From Pseudomonas aeruginosa PAO1 (GTDB lineage Bacteria > Pseudomonadota > Gammaproteobacteria > Pseudomonadales > Pseudomonadaceae), in the NCBI RefSeq assembly GCF_000006765.1, contig NC_002516.2: DNA of 64,000 bases; one strand, written 5' to 3'. A program made the position numbers and the translations under genes. The notes below the pieces were generated by a model. It ran no database searches, was not told where the DNA came from, and was given only the letters and a program-made list of their open reading frames with translations. Below are positions 58,679-64,000 of this stretch, in pieces (the first letter of the stretch is position 1; the number at the start of each line of letters is the position of its first letter).

Positions 58679-59068
58679 ATGGTGAACGGAGAAAACAAGA
58701 TCGTCCTGGTCCTCGAAGAACACGCCGACCAGCTCTGGCGGATCGAGGAATTCCTCCTCGATCGAGGCTACGCGGTGCTCAGCGCGGCGAGTCGCGACGA
58801 AGCCCTCGACCACCTGGCCTCGGACGCGGTGATCGACCTGTTCCTGCTCAGCGAGCAGCTCGAAGGTCCTCTGAGCGGCAGCATGCTCATCGAAACCAGC
58901 CTGCCGGTGCGCCCGCGGATGCGGGTGATCCTGCTCAGCGACAGCGCTCGCGTCGGCATCGACCCGGCGGCACCCTATCCGGTGCTGCTCAAACCGGTGA
59001 CCCTGGAGGAACTGGGGAAAGCCATCGACATGGTCCTGCACAGCGCGCCGGTCTGCCCCGGCGTCTGA
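58679..59068 (+). CDS. Atypical single-domain response-regulator receiver
   Basis: IVLVLEE, AASRDEALDHL, IDLFLL, VILLS, LLKPV; GGAGA RBS. Confidence 0.75.
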   Translation: MVNGENKIVLVLEEHADQLWRIEEFLLDRGYAVLSAASRDEALDHLASDAVIDLFLLSEQLEGPLSGSMLIETSLPVRPRMRVILLSDSARVGIDPAAPYPVLLKPVTLEELGKAIDMVLHSAPVCPGV

Positions 59069-59085
59069 GCACCGAGGAGCCCACC

Positions 59086-61608
59086 ATGCCCAGCAGCAAG
59101 CCGCTCGCCGAGTACGCCCGCAAGCGCGATTTCCGCCAGACCCCGGAGCCCAGCGGCCGCAAGCCTCGCAAGGACAGCACCGGGCTGCTCCGCTATTGCG
59201 TCCAGAAGCACGACGCCAGCCGCCTGCACTACGACTTCCGCCTGGAGCTGGATGGCACCCTGAAGAGCTGGGCGGTGCCCAAGGGGCCGTGCCTCGACCC
59301 GGCGGTGAAGCGGCTCGCGGTGCAGGTTGAGGACCATCCGCTGGACTATGCCGATTTCGAAGGCAGCATCCCCCAGGGGCACTACGGCGCCGGCGATGTC
59401 ATCGTCTGGGACCGAGGCGCCTGGACGCCTCTGGACGATCCGCGCGAGGGCCTGGAAAAGGGCCATCTCAGCTTCGCCCTGGATGGCGAGAAACTCTCCG
59501 GGCGTTGGCACCTGATCCGCACCAACCTGCGCGGCAAGCAGTCCCAGTGGTTCCTGGTCAAGGCCAAGGACGGCGAGGCGCGCAGCCTGGATCGCTTCGA
59601 CGTGCTGAAGGAGCGTCCCGACAGCGTGCTCAGCGAGCGTACGCTGCTGCCCCGCCATGGCGAAGCCGCCACGCCCGCGGCCAGGCCGGCGCGACGCGGC
59701 AAGAGCGGGGGGAAGACGCCGATGCCCGAGTGGATCGCCCCCGAGCTGGCCAGCCTGGTCGAGCAGCCTCCGCGAGGGGAGTGGGCCTACGAACTCAAGC
59801 TGGACGGCTATCGGCTGATGAGCCGCATCGAAGACGGCCACGTGCGCCTGCTGACCCGCAACGGCCATGACTGGACCGAACGCCTGCCACACCTGGAGAA
59901 GGCCTTGGCCGGGCTCGGTCTGCAGCGCAGTTGGCTGGACGGCGAACTGGTCGTCCTCGACGAGGAGGGTCGACCGGACTTCCAGGCCCTGCAGAACGCC
60001 TTCGAGGAAGGTCGCGGCGAGAACATCCTGTACGTCCTCTTCGACCTGCCGTACCACGAAGGCGAGGATCTGCGCGATGTCGCCCTGGAGGAGCGCCGCG
60101 CGCGCCTGGAGGCGCTGCTGGAAGGGCGAGACGAAGACCCGCTGCGGTTCTCCGCGACGCTCGCGGAAGACCCCCGCGACCTGCTGGCCAGCGCCTGCAA
60201 GCTCGGTCTCGAAGGCGTGATCGGCAAGCGTCTGGGCAGCGCCTACCGTTCGCGCCGCAGCAACGACTGGATCAAGCTGAAGTGCCAGTTGCGCCAGGAG
60301 TTCGTGATCGTCGGCTATACCGAGCCGAAGGGCTCTCGCCGGCATATCGGCGCCTTGCTGCTCGGCCTCTACAGCCCTGACGAGGAGCGCCGGCTGCGCT
60401 ATGCCGGCAAGGTCGGCAGCGGCTTCACCGCGGCCAGCCTGAAGAAGGTCCGTGAGCGCCTGGAACCCCTCGCGGTCCGCTCCAGCCCATTGGCGAAGGT
60501 GCCGCCGGCGCGCGAGACCGGGTCGGTGCAGTGGGTGCGCCCGCAACAGCTGTGCGAGGTTTCCTATGCGCAGATGACCCGTGGCGGGATCATCCGCCAG
60601 GCAGTGTTCCACGGCTTGCGCGAAGACAAGCCGGCGCGCGAGGTGACCGGCGAGCGTCCCGCCGGCCCGCCGCCGCTGCGCGGCGCGCGCAAGGCCAGCG
60701 CCGGTGCGTCGCGGGCGGCCACCGCCGGCGTGCGCATCAGCCATCCGCAGCGGCTGATCGACCCGTCGATCCAGGCCAGCAAGCTGGAACTCGCCGAGTT
60801 CCATGCGCGCTACGCCGACCTGCTCCTGCGCGACCTGCGCGAGCGCCCGGTGTCGCTGGTGCGCGGCCCCGACGGAATCGGCGGCGAACTGTTCTTCCAG
60901 AAGCACGCGGCGCGCCTGAAGATCCCCGGCATCGTCCAGCTCGACCCGGCGCTCGATCCCGGTCATCCGCCGCTGTTGCAAATCCGCAGCGCCGAGGCGC
61001 TGGTCGGCGCGGTGCAGATGGGCAGCATCGAATTCCATACCTGGAACGCCAGCCTGGCCAACCTGGAGCGGCCCGACCGTTTCGTCCTCGACCTCGACCC
61101 GGACCCGGCGCTGCCGTGGAAGCGCATGCTCGAAGCGACCCAGCTGAGCCTGACGTTGCTCGACGAGCTGGGCCTGCGCGCCTTCCTCAAGACCAGCGGC
61201 GGCAAGGGCATGCACCTGCTGGTGCCGCTGGAGCGCCGGCATGGCTGGGACGAGGTCAAGGATTTCGCCCAGGCCATCTCCCAGCACTTGGCGCGCCTGA
61301 TGCCGGAGCGTTTCTCGGCGGTTTCCGGGCCGCGCAACCGGGTCGGCAAGATCTTCGTCGACTACCTGCGCAACAGCCGCGGCGCCAGCACCGTGGCCGC
61401 CTACTCGGTGCGCGCCCGCGAAGGGTTGCCGGTGTCGGTACCGGTGTTCCGCGAGGAACTCGACTCGCTGCAGGGCGCCAACCAATGGAACCTGCGCAGT
61501 CTGCCGCAGCGCCTCGACGAACTCGCCGGCGACGATCCCTGGGCCGACTACGCCGGCACCCGCCAGCGCATCAGCGCGGCCATGCGGCGCCAGCTCGGGC
61601 GCGGCTGA
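59086..61608 (+). CDS. ligD: NHEJ DNA ligase D (phosphoesterase-ligase-polymerase)
   Basis: KRDFRQTPEP, QKHDASRLHYDFRLE, ELKLDGYR, EGVIGK, WIKLK, FFQKH, PDRFVLDLDP, KTSGGKG. Confidence 0.96.
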   Translation: MPSSKPLAEYARKRDFRQTPEPSGRKPRKDSTGLLRYCVQKHDASRLHYDFRLELDGTLKSWAVPKGPCLDPAVKRLAVQVEDHPLDYADFEGSIPQGHYGAGDVIVWDRGAWTPLDDPREGLEKGHLSFALDGEKLSGRWHLIRTNLRGKQSQWFLVKAKDGEARSLDRFDVLKERPDSVLSERTLLPRHGEAATPAARPARRGKSGGKTPMPEWIAPELASLVEQPPRGEWAYELKLDGYRLMSRIEDGHVRLLTRNGHDWTERLPHLEKALAGLGLQRSWLDGELVVLDEEGRPDFQALQNAFEEGRGENILYVLFDLPYHEGEDLRDVALEERRARLEALLEGRDEDPLRFSATLAEDPRDLLASACKLGLEGVIGKRLGSAYRSRRSNDWIKLKCQLRQEFVIVGYTEPKGSRRHIGALLLGLYSPDEERRLRYAGKVGSGFTAASLKKVRERLEPLAVRSSPLAKVPPARETGSVQWVRPQQLCEVSYAQMTRGGIIRQAVFHGLREDKPAREVTGERPAGPPPLRGARKASAGASRAATAGVRISHPQRLIDPSIQASKLELAEFHARYADLLLRDLRERPVSLVRGPDGIGGELFFQKHAARLKIPGIVQLDPALDPGHPPLLQIRSAEALVGAVQMGSIEFHTWNASLANLERPDRFVLDLDPDPALPWKRMLEATQLSLTLLDELGLRAFLKTSGGKGMHLLVPLERRHGWDEVKDFAQAISQHLARLMPERFSAVSGPRNRVGKIFVDYLRNSRGASTVAAYSVRAREGLPVSVPVFREELDSLQGANQWNLRSLPQRLDELAGDDPWADYAGTRQRISAAMRRQLGRG

Positions 61609-61626
61609 CCGTCCGCGAAAAAGGCG

Positions 61627-61654
61627 GAACTCCCCCGGCGCACAGGGCCTCCAC
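61627..61654 (+). promoter_or_regulatory. Candidate AlgU/sigmaE-type promoter
   Basis: GAACTC-N17-TCCAC preceded by an A-tract. Confidence 0.45.
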
Positions 61655-61683
61655 CGTGCAACGAGATGCCGAGGAGGCCCCCG

Positions 61684-61898
61684 ATGGATACCGCCTACCT
61701 GATCCTCGCGCTGCTGGTCCTGTTGCTCCTGGTGGATGCCTGGGCCATCAACAGCGTGCTCCGCAGCGACACTCCGCCAGTCGCAAGCTCGGCTGGTCGC
61801 TGCTGATCCTGCTCCTGCCCGTGCTCGGCCTGGTCCTCTGGGGCTGGACCGGCCCCCGTGGCTTGCGCCCGGTGACCTCGCCGGAACACAGCAAGTGA
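61684..61898 (+). pseudogene. Small PLDc_N-type membrane protein with a 1-nt frameshift
   Basis: Frame from ATG 61684 (MDTAYLILALLVLLLLVDAWAINSVLRSD) stops at 61806; the family-like tail (SASRKLGWSLLILLLPVLGLVLWGWTGP) continues in the -1 frame to 61898. Confidence 0.8.
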
Positions 61899-61917
61899 AC
61901 CCCACTGGAGACTGCCC

Positions 61918-62157
61918 ATGAACAGCGAAACCTGTGCCTGTCCCAAATGCACCTGCCAGCCCGGCGCCGATGCCGTCGAACGCGACGGCCAGCACTATTG
62001 CTGCGCGGCCTGCGCCAGCGGCCACCCCCAGGGCGAGCCGTGTCGCGACGCCGATTGCCCCTGTGGCGGCACCACCCGGCCCCAGGTGGCGGAGGATCGC
62101 CAGCTGGACGACGCGTTGAAGGAGACCTTTCCCGCCAGCGACCCGATCTCGCCCTGA
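61918..62157 (+). CDS. Bacterial metallothionein (Pseudomonas type with acidic C-terminal tail)
   Basis: CACPKCTC, YCCAACASGH, C..ADCPC; tail LKETFPASDPISP. Confidence 0.9.
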   Translation: MNSETCACPKCTCQPGADAVERDGQHYCCAACASGHPQGEPCRDADCPCGGTTRPQVAEDRQLDDALKETFPASDPISP

Positions 62158-62167
62158 GGAGCGTGCC

Positions 62168-62716
62168 ATGCCCGACCTGCAACTCGCGGACGAGGCCTCT
62201 CGCCTGGTGGCCTACCTGCGTAGCGCCGACCTCAGCCTGATCACTGCGGAATCCTGTACTGCCGGGCAGATCAGCGCCGAACTGTCGGCGGTGGCCGGCA
62301 GCGGCAAGGTGATGGAAGGCGGCTTCGTCGTCTATTCGCCGGCGGCCAAGCTTGCCCTGCTGGGGCTCGACCCGAACTGGCTGGAGCGTTTCAACCTGAC
62401 CAGCGTGGAGGTCGCCGAGGCCATGGCCAGGGCGGCCCTGCAACGCAGTCCGGCGAGCGCCGCGCTGGCGGTCACGGGGTTGCTCGGCAGTGAAGCGAAG
62501 GACGGCATCCCGCCCGGTACCGTGTGCTTCGCCTGGGCCTTCCGGTTGCCCGCCGGCCTCGCCCTGTTCTCGCGCCGCGAGCGCTTCCACGGCGACCCCG
62601 CGCGGATGCGCCGGGAAGCCACCCGCTGGGCGCTGCGGCGCCTGCCCGAATTCCATCAACGCGCCTTGCGCGGCGAACGCGCCCTGAGGCGTCCGACAGA
62701 GAGGAAACCACCATGA
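62168..62716 (+). CDS. CinA C-terminal / PncC-like protein
   Basis: TAESCTAG, YSPAAK, SVEVAEAMA, AVTG, GTVCFAW. Confidence 0.85.
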   Translation: MPDLQLADEASRLVAYLRSADLSLITAESCTAGQISAELSAVAGSGKVMEGGFVVYSPAAKLALLGLDPNWLERFNLTSVEVAEAMARAALQRSPASAALAVTGLLGSEAKDGIPPGTVCFAWAFRLPAGLALFSRRERFHGDPARMRREATRWALRRLPEFHQRALRGERALRRPTERKPP

Positions 62717-63573
62717 GCGAACAGCGACAGACCCTGCCGGCGCAGCACCAGGACCAACGTCCCGGCCACGAAAGCCAGATGCAGCCGAAGCCGGAGTTCG
62801 TTTCCGCCGATTACCGTCCGGCGGCCAAGCTGGAGGGTAAGGTGGCCCTGGTCACCGGCGGCGACAGTGGTATCGGCCGCGCGGTGGCGGTGGCTTTCGC
62901 CCGCGAGAAGGCGGATGTGGTGCTGGTCTACCTGGATGAGAACGAAGACGCGGCGAAGACCCGCGAGATCATCGAGTCGCTCGGCCGCCAGTGCCTGGCG
63001 TTCGCCGGCGACGTCGCCGACGCCGGCTTCTGCCGCCAGGTTGTGGACACGCTAAGGCAGAAATGGGGGCGCCTCGACGTGCTGGTCAACAACGCCGGCG
63101 AGCAGCATCCGCAGGCGCGCCTGGAGGACATCAGCGAAGAGCAGTGGGAGAAGACCTTCCGCACCAACATCTTCGGCATGTTCCAGTTGACCAAGGCGGC
63201 CCTGCCGCTGATGGGCAAGGGCGGGGCGATCATCAACACCACCTCGATCACCGCCTACAAGGGCAACCCCCAGCTGATCGACTATTCCTCGACCAAGGGC
63301 GCGATCACCTCGTTCACCCGGTCGCTGTCGATGAACCTGGTCAACCGCGGCATCCGCGTCAACGCCGTGGCCCCGGGCCCGATCTGGACGCCGCTGATCC
63401 CGTCCACCTTCAGCGCCGAGAAGGTCGCCCACTTCGGCGCGGATACGCCGATGGGCCGGCCCGGCCAGCCGGAAGAGCTGGCCGCCAGCTACGTCTACCT
63501 GGCCTGTAACGACTCGTCCTACGTCAGCGGCCAGGTGCTGCACGTCAACGGCGGTACGGTAGTCAACGGCTGA
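62713..63573 (+). CDS. General-stress SDR oxidoreductase (YhxC/YghA type)
   Basis: TGGDSGIGRA, NNAGEQH, YSSTKGAI, VAPGPIWTPL. Confidence 0.93.
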   Translation: MSEQRQTLPAQHQDQRPGHESQMQPKPEFVSADYRPAAKLEGKVALVTGGDSGIGRAVAVAFAREKADVVLVYLDENEDAAKTREIIESLGRQCLAFAGDVADAGFCRQVVDTLRQKWGRLDVLVNNAGEQHPQARLEDISEEQWEKTFRTNIFGMFQLTKAALPLMGKGGAIINTTSITAYKGNPQLIDYSSTKGAITSFTRSLSMNLVNRGIRVNAVAPGPIWTPLIPSTFSAEKVAHFGADTPMGRPGQPEELAASYVYLACNDSSYVSGQVLHVNGGTVVNG

Positions 63574-63592
63574 GGCGCCCCGGCGACCGCGT

Positions 63593-63781
63593 TCACTCGC
63601 GTGCCGCCGCCGGCAGCAGGGGGTAGACCCGCACCGCGCTCAGACGCTGCGGGAACAGCAGGGGATAGCAGAGTTGCAGGCGAACGTGCGCCTCGCTGGT
63701 GCTGAGGGTTGGCGCGAAAGTGGTGAGCACGGTCCGGCCGGGTTGTCCGGCGTCTGAGAAATGAACCATGAAAGCCTGCAT
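63593..63781 (-). CDS. Small hypothetical protein (62 aa)
   Basis: AGGAG RBS 8 nt upstream of ATG; fills the gap convergent with the SDR. Confidence 0.5.
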   Translation of the reverse strand: MQAFMVHFSDAGQPGRTVLTTFAPTLSTSEAHVRLQLCYPLLFPQRLSAVRVYPLLPAAARE

Positions 63782-63947
63782 CGGAGCGCTCCTGCCGGGA
63801 TACGGGAAAGGTCACTGCTCAGTGAAGCTGCGCTCCAGCTCTCGCGCCAGTCCGCACACCGACCGTTGGCAACGGCATTCCTCCCGACTGACGCCGGCGC
63901 CCGGCGGTTCCGTCGTGCGGACAGGCGGGCCGCCGGCGAAAAAGAAT

Positions 63948-63974
63948 GAACCATCGCGGCCGCCGCGACTCCGC
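63948..63974 (+). promoter_or_regulatory. Candidate AlgU/sigmaE-type promoter for a gene beyond the window
   Basis: GAACCA-N16-TCCGC preceded by an A-tract. Confidence 0.4.
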
Positions 63975-64000
63975 TTCTAGGTAGCCGGAACGGCCGGCCG

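Noticed and set aside
59086-61608. ligD without an adjacent ku as an orphan NHEJ ligase
   Set aside because: The stress region continues past the window end, so absence of ku here is uninformative

Overview
High-GC Pseudomonas chromosomal DNA. From memory of gene content and order (not a database search) it matches P. aeruginosa PAO1, about PA2084-PA2143. Left to right: (1) the distal part of a TonB-receptor/ECF-sigma locus with an Asn-synthetase-like enzyme, Rieske beta subunit, haloacetate-dehalogenase-like hydrolase, methyltransferase, flavin monooxygenase and two MFS transporters, several of these proteins strikingly poor in Cys/Met; (2) an AraC + Baeyer-Villiger monooxygenase/esterase/SDR unit; (3) a lower-GC island of about 7 kb with no integrase, carrying a MocR regulator and a six-gene operon: EamA exporter, JAB/MPN protease, a ubiquitin-like(GG)-E1-rhodanese fusion, a divergent cysteine synthase, a serine-acetyltransferase-like enzyme and an AlaX tRNA-editing protein; (4) stress genes; (5) a pxpABC/opdO pyroglutamate locus; (6) ada with a symmetric Ada box shared with an orphan Zn-finger gene; (7) assorted oxidoreductases and LysR regulators; (8) cgrABC and the cupA1-5 fimbrial operon with an EAL protein; (9) the start of a general-stress region (DUF4142, antiporter, ligD, metallothionein, CinA, SDR) with recurring GAAC-N-TC ECF-type promoters. 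The best candidate for an undescribed system is the island: a self-contained sulfur-carrier pathway that looks built to make and export a sulfur amino acid (or analogue) with tRNA-editing self-protection. No rRNA, tRNA, CRISPR array, transposase or integrase was seen.
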